Below are positions 11,629-23,631 of a stretch of DNA of 64,000 bases, piece after piece. The DNA is taken from contig JALMLS010000585.1 in the NCBI GenBank assembly GCA_038496445.1, positions 394,224 to 458,223 of the forward strand. Reading direction: 5' to 3'. Position 1 is the stretch's first letter; the number at the start of each line of letters is the position of its first letter. Source of the stretch: Trichosphaerium sp. ATCC 40318 (lineage: Eukaryota > Protista > Tubulinea). The translations under genes were made by a program, and so were the position numbers. A model generated the notes under the pieces. That model was not told the origin of the DNA. It ran no database searches and saw only the letters and a program-made list of their open reading frames with translations.

Positions 11629-12350
11629 GCGATGCGTGTTGGTATGTTATAGAAGAGGGAACCCCGGTGATATTTGTTCTCAGACAACTATAATAAAGTA
11701 TCTCTTTTCTATTCCAAACATCAGAAAAAATCACGTGGAGTTTTTTCAATTTAAGTACTGTCATTTATGCTTGTTTTTGTCAAGTTGTATGTGGTGTACT
11801 GCGCTTAGCCATGGTATTTTTTTCATTGACGGCATTGTGGTGCGGTAGTTTAGCGATGAACTATCACTTGGGTCTCTGAAAACAAAATTGAAAATGAACT
11901 AATTAGTTAGAAACGTTTTATTACACTGGCACTTCAATGATGTATGAAAGTCTTCAACTTTTCAGAGCACCAATACAATCACTTAAGCCTTTGTGGGTGA
12001 CCAAACATATTGGGTCGTTTGCGCTCCTATTACTCCGCATCTTTGCCGGCATTAGTATAAACCACTTTAGACATGTGGATCGCTTCCGATAAGTTTTTGC
12101 GATGTGCTCCGATGCCCACACAGAGACTGTGCTTGTGATGCATGTAGGCGACTTCCGAAGCTCTAGTGATCAGCGTGGCAGGTGAGCAAGAGCGTGGCAG
12201 TTTGTTGTAGCCCAAACGGTTAATGTTCACTGAAAAAATCTTATTTCACGTGTACTCGAGACAACACTGTCTCATTCTCAAATTACTCGTGAATACGTTT
12301 GTATCAACTTGCAAACATAATCTTTCACTCCAAAGACCAAAACAACAACA

Positions 12351-13016
12351 ATGGCATACAAAGCTGTAATCAAAACAATGCTAGTGTTACTCTGTATTCT
12401 TGCATGTGTGCATGGATCCGAGCAAGGATTAGGCACTTCACGTCCATCTATACCTGTGTGTGAAGGTGATACTATCGCTCACGAGATTTACACAGTGTCA
12501 AGAACTGGAGGAAATGGCAATGGTATTTCTGATACTATTGTGTATAACATGGGCTTCTACAATGACCCAAGGATCATTGGACGTCTTACTTTTGGTGATG
12601 CTAGTGCAGACTGTTCTTCATCCACTACCGATGTTTGTTGCAATGCTGAACAATCTATTTGTCTCAGACCTGTATGTAACTTGTTTAATTCGTAATTACA
12701 AACTCACTTTACAATAGCATGCCTCTGCACCTTATCTCGCCTTTGCCATTCCAACGAACACTACAACATGTACTGTTTACCATTACGAAACAGATTCATT
12801 CACAAGCACTCGTGGATTATTGTTTGCAACTGATGACGGTGTATGTCTTTGTTTTTCTTTAGACATTGCAATTTGATAACCTCTCTTTAGAATACTGGAT
12901 GTAATGTTAACGGTGGATGGCCCTGCTTCATGATTGGTAGTTCAGATATCCAACCGATACCTATGGGCACTTACAGTAACTACGTCATAGATTGCATCAA
13001 ACCGTGTGCTTCATAG
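12351..13016 (+). CDS. Secreted cysteine-containing hypothetical protein, 3 exons
   Basis: Signal peptide MAYKAVIKTMLVLLCILACVHG. GTATGT...TAG introns at ~12673-12717 and 12841-12890 keep the frame to ...DCIKPCAS*. Confidence 0.7.
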
Positions 13017-13509
13017 ATAAACAAAAATAAATTCCAAAAATATCGTTCCCTTAGTAGTATGTACATACTTACGTAATTTGAGATTTGAATAGTAAACTAA
13101 CGTTATGGAAATAGTAGTCACCATGTATGAGTTGCCTTCTTTTTTGAAGGGTTGTTAGTCCTGCCAACAATTGTAAATTTAGTGAAGTTGTTAGAGTAAT
13201 ACGAAAATATGTGGAAATACAAAAGACTCCTGAGCAACCGTAAGGTGATGTAAGCTACCAACGATATAATTTTTTTTTATTCAAATCATAAAGGTACTCC
13301 TCGATCTGTACCCATTACTTTAGAAAATATGATTGATGGAACAGGTAAGGATTCTAGTATTTCTTTAATTATGACGTATACGTGGCATGGTTTTAGTATA
13401 TGTTGACCATTATCGTGCTATATCATGAAATCAAGCCCTCACTAGAAAACATACCACAAGAAGAAGAGATTGAACATGTAACATAAATACAAAACATAGT
13501 CAGCTGGCT

Positions 13510-13645
13510 GTACATGTACCACGACAAGTGGTTTGACAAGAGCTGGGACTAAGGGCATGGATGCCAACTACGTTGCCTGCTTAAGCCAGACTGCAAATGG
13601 AGCTCAATGAAAACCCTTGAAACAAGACGACCACGAAAAGTAGGA
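13510..13645 (+). repeat. Dispersed ~130-bp repeat, copy 1 (copy 2 at 23440-23580)
   Basis: Shared blocks GACAAGTGGTTTGACAAG, GTTGCCTGCT(T)TAAGCCAGACT.CAAATGGAGCTCAATGAAA and GACCACGAAAA. Confidence 0.8.
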
Positions 13646-13658
13646 ATAAATCCCTAGA

Positions 13659-14987
13659 ATGGAAGCAGGTGTTGAAGAACTTGTTCAAGTGCTTAGAAAT
13701 GGTTGTGAGCATGATGGTAAGTTTTGCTTGTTTTAAGATTATCTTCATACGTATTAACACATTCGCACAGAAGCTATTAGAAAGCTAGACGAGCTTAACA
13801 GCATGGAAACAGTACGACAACCAATATCACGTGAATCAACCAAAAACATGTTTAACTTCACTGCGTACCCTCTAAGTCTACATTCTTTTGTTTATTTTGT
13901 CTTTTGTGGCGATAATGACGTTATTACTGCAAACGGCTTCATTTCTGTCTTTTAAAAAAATCACGTGATAGTTTTAAAATATTGTTACTTTGCTACACGT
14001 TGAACAATATGCCTTAGTTACCACGCCTTATAGGGAGTTGTTCTGAAAACTTTTCTACAGTTACGAAGGAATTTCGACTTACCTCTACAAGTATCTAAGG
14101 CTTGTTTAGTTCACTTCAAGAACGCTCTTGTACGATCTTCAAGTGTGTACTTTAAGGTTTAAACAACCATACTTAGATCAAATGGCACGAACTAGATCAG
14201 AGTGTCAAGGATGATATCAAAAAAACTGTACTTGTTTTGATTGTTTTCAAATACACAATCCACTAATTAGGTCATTCTCTAGGTGCTTGATCATTATAGA
14301 CTGTCTCCTTATAATTTTCTGAGGTCAAAATCAGAACCATTAGAAGCTGTTGCAAGGGTTGTATTCTCAAGTGGCAGCTGGCCAGAGTTTTTTGATGTTG
14401 TTCTAGCAGAGTTATATAAGTCATGTGATGAGGGTGCTTGCTCATATGAGCAAGAATCAGGAATGAGTTTACTTGATACTATTGTTGACGTATGTCCATA
14501 CCTTTGTAATACTGTTTGCAAAAGCTGTATTGTGCTGTAGTCCAATGATTTTTTGAGATTCTTTTAGTTGTATCAGACACTAGCTTTACAGTATGCTGGA
14601 AGAATTATGAGAGTTTCAAGATATATACTATCTCATGGTAGCGATGAACGTGCCAGATACTCTGCTTTAGTGATGATTAACAAGAAATGTTTCAGGCAAG
14701 TTTTTTCAAATTTTCTTTTTATTTTTGTCTACAAATGAGTTTGTATCTGTACTGCTTAATAATGTGGTTCAATAATCTAAGTGTTTTTAAGACCATATTT
14801 GAAAAAGGAAGCGAAACAACGGCGTTACATAAGGAACAGTATCGCTATGTATTGTCACGAGAAAAAAGAAGAAGAAGAGCGTGATTTTGGAGAAAAATAT
14901 GATGATGATTCTCCAACATTTGATTGTGATATTAGACATATCTATGCTAACCTACTATACGATTATCTTGAAGACATGAGTGTTTAA
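13659..14987 (+). CDS. Short importin-beta-like (IBN_N/HEAT) protein, multi-exon, copy A
   Basis: Exons MEAGVEELVQVL.. / EAIRKLDEL / ..LVHFKNAL / IKWHELDQSVKDDIKKT / VLDHY..LRSKS..AVARV..GSWPEFF resemble the importin-4/5 N-terminus. One intron has a GCAAGT donor (14696). Paralog at 38326-39870. Confidence 0.6.
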
Positions 14988-15392
14988 ATAAACAATTTCT
15001 CATTCACTTGAGCATATAAGCATCTTGGAAGCTCCAGCAATTTCATGTAATGTCGTAACCTGTTATGAATGAATATAGCATTGCAGGGGCGTGAACTAAG
15101 CGGACCGGCTCTATTCTATTCTCTCATCTACAACGATAGTAACACAATCAGTATAATGGCTAGCAGGATGAGGTGAAGGATATGTTCTAACTTAGTTTAC
15201 ACCTTGCTCAAGTAGATTCCAACGTAGAGTTGAGATATCCGTCATTTTGAACTGATTTTTTATGGTATGAAGGACAAACAAGAGAACCATTGCTATTTAA
15301 TATCTAGTTCTCTTGATTACAAGGATCAGTTATGGTTAGTTGTAATTTTGCTTTATTGCTTTCATGTTGTCACATTAGTAAGACACGTGAGT

Positions 15393-16369
15393 CTAGAAAA
15401 AGCCTAGCAAGTTTATGGCCAATTTACATGATAACACCAATAAACCTAGCATGGAAGGGGCTATAAATGCAACTCCTCTGAGCCTTTTTTTTGGATCTAC
15501 AAAAATGGTGTTAAAAATGGTTGGGGCTTTGTTCTTACCTCCTGATTGGTAACTTATAGCGTAAATAATACGTCCTAGACTCCACAAACCGCCGAGAGAT
15601 GCTGCCCACACCTGAAAAAAGAATGAGAAAAGTCTGTAAATCGATGCAAGGCGTACAGGGTGCTGTAAGCCTGCAAAACAAAGCAACGCAATAAATTGAT
15701 AATGTGATTCAAGCCTGTAGAAGTGGGTTAGCCAGATGAGGTATCATTAATATTTAGGCATTATACGATGTTTTTATGGGTAGCATTTTGCGAGCATACA
15801 ATTGCCAGAAAATAATGAGGGTGGCAGAAATTCCAAAAATTTCGCGAGAACAGGCTGGATCTCATGGCAATTTGAAAATCGTATTTTCTCATCAAGACAT
15901 AGCATTATGGCTAGCCATAAGCTTTAACACATGAACAGATTGTAGAGTGATAATGACGTTTAACAGAAATTTGAAGTAAACGATTTTTTGTGGCGCACGT
16001 GTTCTCGGTCATTTTCTTCATTTTTACTCGCTGGCACGCTCATAAATTGTTTAAAAGCGCGTGGCGATACGTACATGTTTTGATGACCACGCTGATAACA
16101 ATTAAATATCTCTTTGGTCTTATCGGTTGTGTAAAGCGTAGGATACTAGGATTAACGGTTAGAATGAGTTCATTAAATTTTTTGACATAAAATGACATAC
16201 AGCCACTCCAAACTTTTTTCTTGCGCCAGCTACCATACCTCCAATCACTGTGGCGGTTATAATCGAGCCTACTGCGCTCAAAATTACCTAAATTCACTTT
16301 AATACAGAAACACTGCTTGCAGTGTACCCATCCGTGTTCAGGTTGTATTGTGAATGCAACACCGCTCAT
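15393..16369 (-). CDS. MGST3: MAPEG-family microsomal glutathione S-transferase 3-like
   Basis: Spliced protein M..FTIQPEHGW / ...VAGARKKFGVA / YPTLY...FNCYQRGHQN / MLE...FIALL..AGLQHP / VWAASLG.LWSLGRIIYA.SYQSG / DPKKRLRG, which is the MGST3 signature. Confidence 0.9.
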
Positions 16370-16617
16370 GTTGTGTTTAGTGGTTTCAAAATTTTTTCTG
16401 TATTTGCTTTGACTTTTTGACACTTCCGCTGGTTTCCCCGACGCAATAATTAATTAGCCGCACGGCCAATTTATTGCGAAAAAATGCCCGTGCAATTAAA
16501 TCCAAAAATGACCCACGTCTAATAATCTTTTATGGATGCAATAAGTACAGCTGAAGGTACAAAAATCATAGCACTATTAGGTAGTTTTCAATTAGTTGTT
16601 TACAGAGTACATAGTAA

Positions 16618-18450
16618 TTAGTTTGTTTGTGGGCGATTTGATCGTTTCGAATTTGATATGGAACCTGAGCTAGTGCTTTTAGAACTCTTAATTGGTCGTA
16701 TTAGCCATAGCTGAACCTATATAACGTGCTTAGATCTACTAATGTTTAAAACTATTGAGTGAAGCGTACTGCATCAAGGCATGTGCTGAAGGTAAAGTAC
16801 AAGTACCAAAAAATCACATAGCCTTTAGGCTTTGTCAAAAGTGAAGTCCGACTTAATGCTGTGAACACCACAACAAAAAACAAGGCGAGTAAAAGCCCCA
16901 CCATTCGAACGAGAATCTATTCGGGTACTTGTGTTAGTACAAAGTCTATTACAGTATTATAAGTAAGAAGAACATGCCTTTTTAGTTATTTTTCGGTTTT
17001 CATCATCGTCACCTGAACCTCGTTGAACTCTTATCAATACGGTACATGTAATCACAATACTGTATACAAGGGTAACGCAAATTATAATTATCTGTTTCAA
17101 AGATAAGTAAGAGACCATAGCGATGAGTGAGCACCTGTAATGCCACTGAAAGATACTGTAATATCACGATTTCAGAAAGGAATCTTCCGAAAAGAACAAA
17201 TAGCAGTGATATCAAAAACAATACAATGTATATGTAGAATACATATTGAAGCTTCTCTAAACAGTTACGGACTTTTAAATCCTTCTTGGTTAGTGCTTGA
17301 TGCCAGAATAACGCAACAAGCAACGAACACGAAAAACTACGAAAAAAATAAGAAACTACTCAATTTCTGGTGTTTGTATGAACGCACGTGAAAGCGTTGC
17401 TAACAAATATAGCCATTCCAGTTATATAATATGGATAAACCTTCAAGTATCCAACAGGATCAATTGCTGTAAGTGAGTTCTAAGTCAGAATAGAGTATAA
17501 AACTTGATAGAACTCCGTACCATGAAACCCAAGTCTAGTCGTAATGGCCATAAACTCTAGCCACAATACCACATTTACTATATTCAAACCGCAAAGACTA
17601 CCATTTTCTAAGGCCACTGTGTATAACCTGCATAAAAATAATGTCAGCACATATAGTTACTTTAAACCCAAAACTGCACCTGTAAAGCGCGAATATCAGA
17701 ACAGCTATATTTAGTCCGAGTATTGATACTTGCCAAATAATCATCCAACTGCTTGAGAAAGTATCTCTCCACATATTCGAATCTGGTGACGCTATCACAT
17801 CAACAATTCCAGCTGAAACTAAGTCTTGATAATTAAAGTCGTCTTCGTCTATATCAGCGACTGGCACCTAATATTATAAGTACATGGCATGATGCTGTAG
17901 AACGAGCCACTTCTTTTATATCAACCACGTGTTGTAACGTTACTATCCAAAAAAGAAATAAAAAGCAAAAACTGCACCAAAAATAAACTCCTAAAACAAT
18001 AATCACGTGCCTTCACATTGCCTGTTAAACTATTCAAATATTCTTTACGTCCAGGAGAAGCTTCAATAAAAAACACGCCAATAGCTCCCATATCTTGAAA
18101 ATCGACGATTTGTTGCGAAACTCTAACACTGGCTTCTTCAACAAGCACAATATTACCTAATTTTGAGGTAAATTAACGATGCCAAACTTGGCTTTTTTTT
18201 CATAATTTGCGTCTGACGTAAATTCGTTCGAGGCTCAAAAAACCGTACCTGACACGTTTTTAGATGACTCTGGCACGAGTTTTACATTATGGAAATTCCA
18301 TGTTATAGTATTTACTCCAATTTTGATGCCTATTAGTGGTACTGATATTGTATTTCCATTCAAAGTTGTTTGAAGCGTTCCATGAGTTTGGGAAATACAC
18401 AACAAAAAACAAGCCAAAACTAGCAAAGTAGGAGTATTGTTGACTCTCAT
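16618..18450 (-). CDS. Signal peptide + PA-like ectodomain + multi-pass (about 6-7 TM) membrane protein
   Basis: N-terminal signal, PA-like GNIVLV..DFQDMGAIGVFF..VPVADI, then a series of hydrophobic exons (WQVSILGLNIAVLIFALY; LWLEFMAITTRLGF; IDPVG) and a Ser-rich tail. Confidence 0.65.
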
Positions 18451-18669
18451 GTAAGTCTCTGTAAGTTCCGGAGTTGCTGGATGTATTAGGAGCTTAATGT
18501 GTTAACAAACAACCACAAAGATTGCCTAAGTTATCCCTGAGATCCTCATATCCGGAGTGTGCGACTGTTGTTGACTAAGTGGCTTTTTTTATTGTTCAAC
18601 TCACGTGTTAGAAAACGCTTGCTCATTGAAACTCTGTATCAAAGTCGCTGCAAATGGATTACAAACTGT

Positions 18670-21090
18670 TTAACAAAGTTTTGCTTTTGCATCAAGCAGT
18701 ACAGCAAAACCGTAACTTGATGGATTCGCTACAATTGGTATGGCATCACTGCTTTTATGACCGGATAGATCAGGTAGTTTCCCATCTTTAAACTCAAGTA
18801 TTTTACCATTAAGCATTGTTTTCTTCGACCTTATGTTACCTCCAGGAGCGCCGAACCAATACTCCACACGTGGTGTAAAAGCTTAAAAAACAGTAAGCAA
18901 AGAAGAAGTTCTCTCTTCAAAGATTTTTTTTCGACTTTTTCTTCTCACCTTCTACGCCTTCAATGTGGAATTCAAAAGTTTCAGTTTCACTCAAATTAAT
19001 GATAGCCAGTGCTACCTAAAACAAGTATATGAGTTATATCAGAAGCGGAGGTTAAGGCTACAACGTACTTGACCATTTCCATCAGAAGAACAATGTGCGT
19101 ATATCCTAACATCTTGAGATGTATTGTATGTCACAGAGAGGACATTATCACCCATCAAATGCTTCCAAAGGTATGCCGTATAATAATCTATTATAAATTA
19201 ATTAACATACCAAATACATAATTCACAACTTACCTGGGTTGGGTTCAAACGTCGTTTTATTGAGAAGCTCATACCTTAACAAGGAAAAAACTTAACAAAC
19301 TTGTTTTTGGTTGTGTTCAGCGTACCATCCTCCAACAAGTGTCTGACGACAAAATCCTGTATGTCCATTACTCGCTAAAGCGCCAAGGGCATTCAGATAG
19401 TAGAATCCTGAAGAAAACGTGTTTGTTGTGTTATCTTGACCGCTTGAAAAAAAGGGTCAAATACAAAATATAAAGCTGAAGTTTTCTGGACACAAACATA
19501 TTCTGTGTACCTATCATATGCTGCAGCACCTTCTCCAAGCCAAACTTGTGCTTTTTTATCGTATTGGCGTATCAAAGAATATACTTGTTGAGCAGTATCA
19601 TTCGATTTGTCTACAAAACTGGCTGTATGAATTTCATTGTGCAAGTTTGGATTTCCACCAGCTCCCTTATTCAATTGTTATTTACAAGTTTGAGACTATA
19701 TTTACAATTGATTAAAGTGGTTCTTACGTTATATTTATGGTACGTGTAAACATCAGTGATACCGACAGTAAGTTTCACATACTCTTCCAACCTAGAAAAA
19801 ACAAAACAAATCAGAAGAAGGGAAACAAACTAAAACCAGTGAGAGTTTGCAACAGAATAGAAATCCTAGTGACGCCCTCCGTATGATGATGTAGTGTAAT
19901 CGTAGTGGTAAAATATTGCGTACCAAGGCTGGTCGAAACCATCATCGGGAGCAATGATCAATGGCCTAAAATAGTCAATCGGTTTGCTCTAAGAAATAAT
20001 GGTTCACCTTGTACTTTCTTCTGGCCAATACTTCGCAAGAAGACCTGATGTTTTTTATTAGTTTACTACTCTTTTCGAGAATAGTTTTTGAGCTTGCCTT
20101 TTAATGCTTTTGCGTCCGCGGCACAATCTTGTGGTGTCAGGTCATGGTTTAATTCGTTTCCAATCTCAAACCCTTGATAGTGTATCAACACTTTTGAGTT
20201 TTCTATTAAACCTTGTACCATAAATTGTATCGAAGTGTTGAGCTGCTGTGTAGTTAAGAAAAGCTTCAGCATTACTTGTATCCCAAGGTTCGCCAGATTT
20301 CCGATTGTTATACGCGACAAGCAGCTTTTGCAAAGTCATTCACTTGATGCCAACGCGTCATATTAAAGCAATGACCTTCGCAAGAAATCAACGAAGATAA
20401 CTCCAAACAGCATTCTCTTTGAGAAAAAAACAAAAACAAGAAACAATCACGTGATCGCCTTGTTTACAACTCACGAGGATAAAATACGTACCAGCTGTAC
20501 ATTTCTCGTGGTTATCACCTACTTCGTAGATAATAAAGTCGGAGAGACTTCCTCCTATGTAGACGCGCTGGGGATAGGTTTTTTGCTAAAAGATTCAAAT
20601 TTGGGTTGTTCAAGTCTATATTCAGCAATCCAGCGTTTCCCCATCCAGGCTACAAGCTTAGTGTTTTAGTGAAATGAACACGTGAGTAAGGGGGAAAAGC
20701 TTCTTTTAGTCACGTAAGGTTCGCTTTCGGCAGTGTTGTTTAATACGCGACAAGTGCTATGAAAAAAAAAAAGACGATTTGAGTTACAACACGTGTTTGA
20801 AAAGTTTTCGTGGTTTTCTTTTTTGTTTTGGCGTTACAACGCTTATTTGTGAAATAACAAGGAGCCTTTTACGTACGTCACCACGAGGCCACCAATCAAA
20901 GTTAAATGATAAGAAAGATTTTGATATCTGGTACGCTACACTACCTACTGTATCAATTTTGAGAACAACCTAATTTGAAACGTTAGTGAATGTGGTTTAA
21001 ATCGATTTAAAAAAAAGATGACACTCTTACTGGTGTATAACTGAGGACATATACACAAAAGCATAACAACAAGATGCTTCGCACAGTCAT
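18670..21090 (-). CDS. Glycoside hydrolase family 79 (heparanase-like beta-glucuronidase), secreted, many exons
   Basis: Signal peptide, FLSFNFDWW, LAKNLSPARLHIGGSLSD, C.NMTRW.QV.DFA, catalytic FEIGNE and VWLGE motifs, FCRQTLVGGWY, PNPDYY..LWKHLMG, RIYAHC. Confidence 0.92.
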
Positions 21091-21329
21091 TTTTCGAAAC
21101 CATGACAAAAAGTATCCAAAGTCAAGATAATTAAACAGTATCGAAGTTTTATTATGATCTTTGTGACTTAGACCTTGGACTATTTATATGTGATTTTACC
21201 GAGTGTTTAGTTAATAACCAACCAAACGCTCACTATGTACATTCCAGTGTACTTGTAAGACAGCTGAAGTACCTACAAAGACTTAACGAAGTTCCTCCAA
21301 GGAACACTTAATTTGTATTAACAATAGTA

Positions 21330-21916
21330 ATGGAACCACCACAACTACCAGAAGGTTGGAGAGTCATCTACAAAGAAGACGACCAAGCAGAAATAGCTGG
21401 CTACATGGATGAAAACAATGTTTTTAGAAAAACCTTACCAGAAATGCAAAGGCTACAGTATCGTGTTAAGTTACTGGAGGAAAGACTAAACAAGATAGAA
21501 CAACAAAACTTGTTATCATCGTGGAAAACTCACAAGCAGGACTTTCCTATACCTAATGGAACTACTGCAACATACGACATGTCAGGCACGTGATTTAGAT
21601 AGGCCATAAAACACCTTTCAAACTTATGATGTTAGGCATTCCAGAGCATGCCAAGGAAGTGCTAGTGTATATACGTTTCGTTTCTGGTAGTGCTGGGACT
21701 AACAATAACCCAACCTTTAAAGTGTATACTAAGCATGGAAATAAGGAATATTCGTTCACGATGGGTTGTAAATGCTACCCAAATCAAAACGCATGGTCCT
21801 TTAACAGCGAACATTTCTGGCTACCAATCACTCCAGATAAAAAATTGCTTATCCATTGCGACCAACCTTATTCAGGTAATTCAAGCGGTAGCGCTCATAT
21901 CACTGCATATAGATAG
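21330..21916 (+). CDS. Hypothetical protein: WW-like N-terminus, short coiled coil, beta-rich C-terminal domain; one GC-AG intron
   Basis: ORFs 21330 and 21626 join in frame only through GC-AG intron 21586-21635 (TCAG|GCACGTG...TTAG|GCATT), giving ...YDMSGIPEHAKEVLVY...AWSFNSEHFWLP...ITAYR*. Confidence 0.75.
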
Positions 21917-22074
21917 CTTCGATGTACGCGAAACTGTACAACTTTGAAAAAGTAAACAAGCTTTATTGAAAAATCCAATACTTTATGAATTATAACCAGC
22001 TACCTCATATGTATAATGTAGAAGTTTTATAAAATACAAGCTAATGCTATAACATTCTAGACTTTACTGCGCCA

Positions 22075-23185
22075 CTAAGTTCTTTTGGTAGTTTTTTTGG
22101 TTGCCTTTTTGGTCGTCTTTTTTGTTGTCTTTTTTTTCTTTGTTGACTTTTGACTTTCTTCCCATGCTTCAACATCATCCAAATCTTTGTCTAAAATTTT
22201 TACAGTTCCTTTGCATTGAGGATAATCTGAACAACCCCAAAACTTACCAAATTTACCATTGCGAAGCTTCATTGTCTCATCACAATTGGGACATTCAGGA
22301 GGAGAAAATCCTGTAGTTTTTGTTGTCTGTTTTTTTCTTTTCTTTTTCTTCGCTGGTTCTACATCATCTGAATTAACCTCCCGTTTCCTCTACAAAAAAT
22401 CAGTGATTACCATACAATTATAGAAGTTTGCAAACAGACCTTCGTCGTCTTTTTTTTCGCAACGGAAGATTTGTCTTGAGATGCATGAAAGTTACAGTAA
22501 TCTTTACCATCCGCAAGTCTTCTTGCTGCAAGTTGGAACTTTGTAGGTTCTTCTCCTCTCTTTTCCCAATCCATAGAAGTAATTTTACATTGTGAACCCG
22601 CTTTTGTGGTTCCTTTACACTGCTTCTTCTCGATAGCTTTCGTTGACTCTGAACCAAAAAATCAACAAAAAACTTGGAATAACAATAAAATATAAGAGAA
22701 AGTCTTGAAATCACGTGATAACCACTTTGAGTACACACCGACGCAACAAGACGCGCAATATACGTACTTTTTGCTTTTTCTACCTTTTCTTGTAAGCCAA
22801 CAGGCAAATCGTCCCAACCTTCAAAATCCTCAACGTCTATATCTTCGTGACCTTTATGCTGTTTTTGTTTTCGGGAAAAATCAGTAAACTTATCCTTAAC
22901 CATCTAAAAGTTAACGTACAAGCCAAAAACAGCGTGAATGGAACCATGCATATCCAGCAAAGTGATCTAGAATCGCTTTAATAAACAAACAGCTATTTTT
23001 TTTGTTTACATCACCTGAATCCCATCCCTTGCCTAATCTTACGCCTTTACAAACCTCTTTACATATTCTACACTTCGCTCTACCACCGCCACCCTCAATC
23101 TAAACGTTTGTTAGCCACGCAAGTCACTAGCGCATTTGACCTTAAGACTCTCTGCTTCATGTTCCCACCATGCAGTGTAGCTCAT
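22075..23185 (-). CDS. PARP-type zinc finger + Lys/Arg-rich linker + topoisomerase-I-type C4 zinc ribbon + Lys/Thr tail
   Basis: N-terminal IE...GRAKCRICK...RLG...WFHSRC...DFEGWDDL..Q (zf-PARP) and C-terminal CPNCDETMKLRNGKFGKFWGCSDYPQCKGT (zf-C4_Topoisom). Confidence 0.8.
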
Positions 23186-23209
23186 GATGTATTGTGTTTT
23201 GAATAAACA

Positions 23210-23219
23210 ACGCGGGAAA
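23210..23219 (-). promoter_or_regulatory. Candidate E2F site TTTCCCGCG
   Basis: Matches the TTTSSCGC consensus about 25 nt upstream of the ATG of a putative DNA-repair gene. Confidence 0.3.
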
Positions 23220-23439
23220 CTGACTTTTGTTGTACACTTTCATTGAATCTTCAAAATCTAGATGGCAAAGTCGAGTTTTTGACCAATAACACATGTAAAA
23301 ACAATCTGTTCCCACACTGTCTCTACTACAAATGTAGCTGTGTCACAAAGATCCATGAGCACTAGCAATTTCATTTCAATATGCAAATTGACAGAAAGAT
23401 TGTGCCGTAAAGTAATGGAATTCAATATTGATTACACAC

Positions 23440-23580
23440 TATGTACCAGACTGACAAGTGGTTTGACAAGGAGCTGGACCCAGGGCTTGGAGACAACTAT
23501 ATGTTGCCTGCTTTAAGCCAGACTACAAATGGAGCTCAATGAAACAAGACTGAAATATTAATTGACCACGAAAATAGAAT
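23440..23580 (+). repeat. Dispersed ~130-bp repeat, copy 2
   Basis: Direct-orientation homolog of 13510-13645. Confidence 0.8.
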
Positions 23581-23631
23581 TTGATAGATTACTTTTGTGA
23601 CTAAACTGTTTATTTGGTGTACTTGCGCTCA

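Noticed and set aside
11231-11848. 205-aa unspliced ORF as the real product
   Set aside because: The paralog at 63742 has a stop within the corresponding intron. The spliced 113-aa Cys-rich frame is conserved in both copies.
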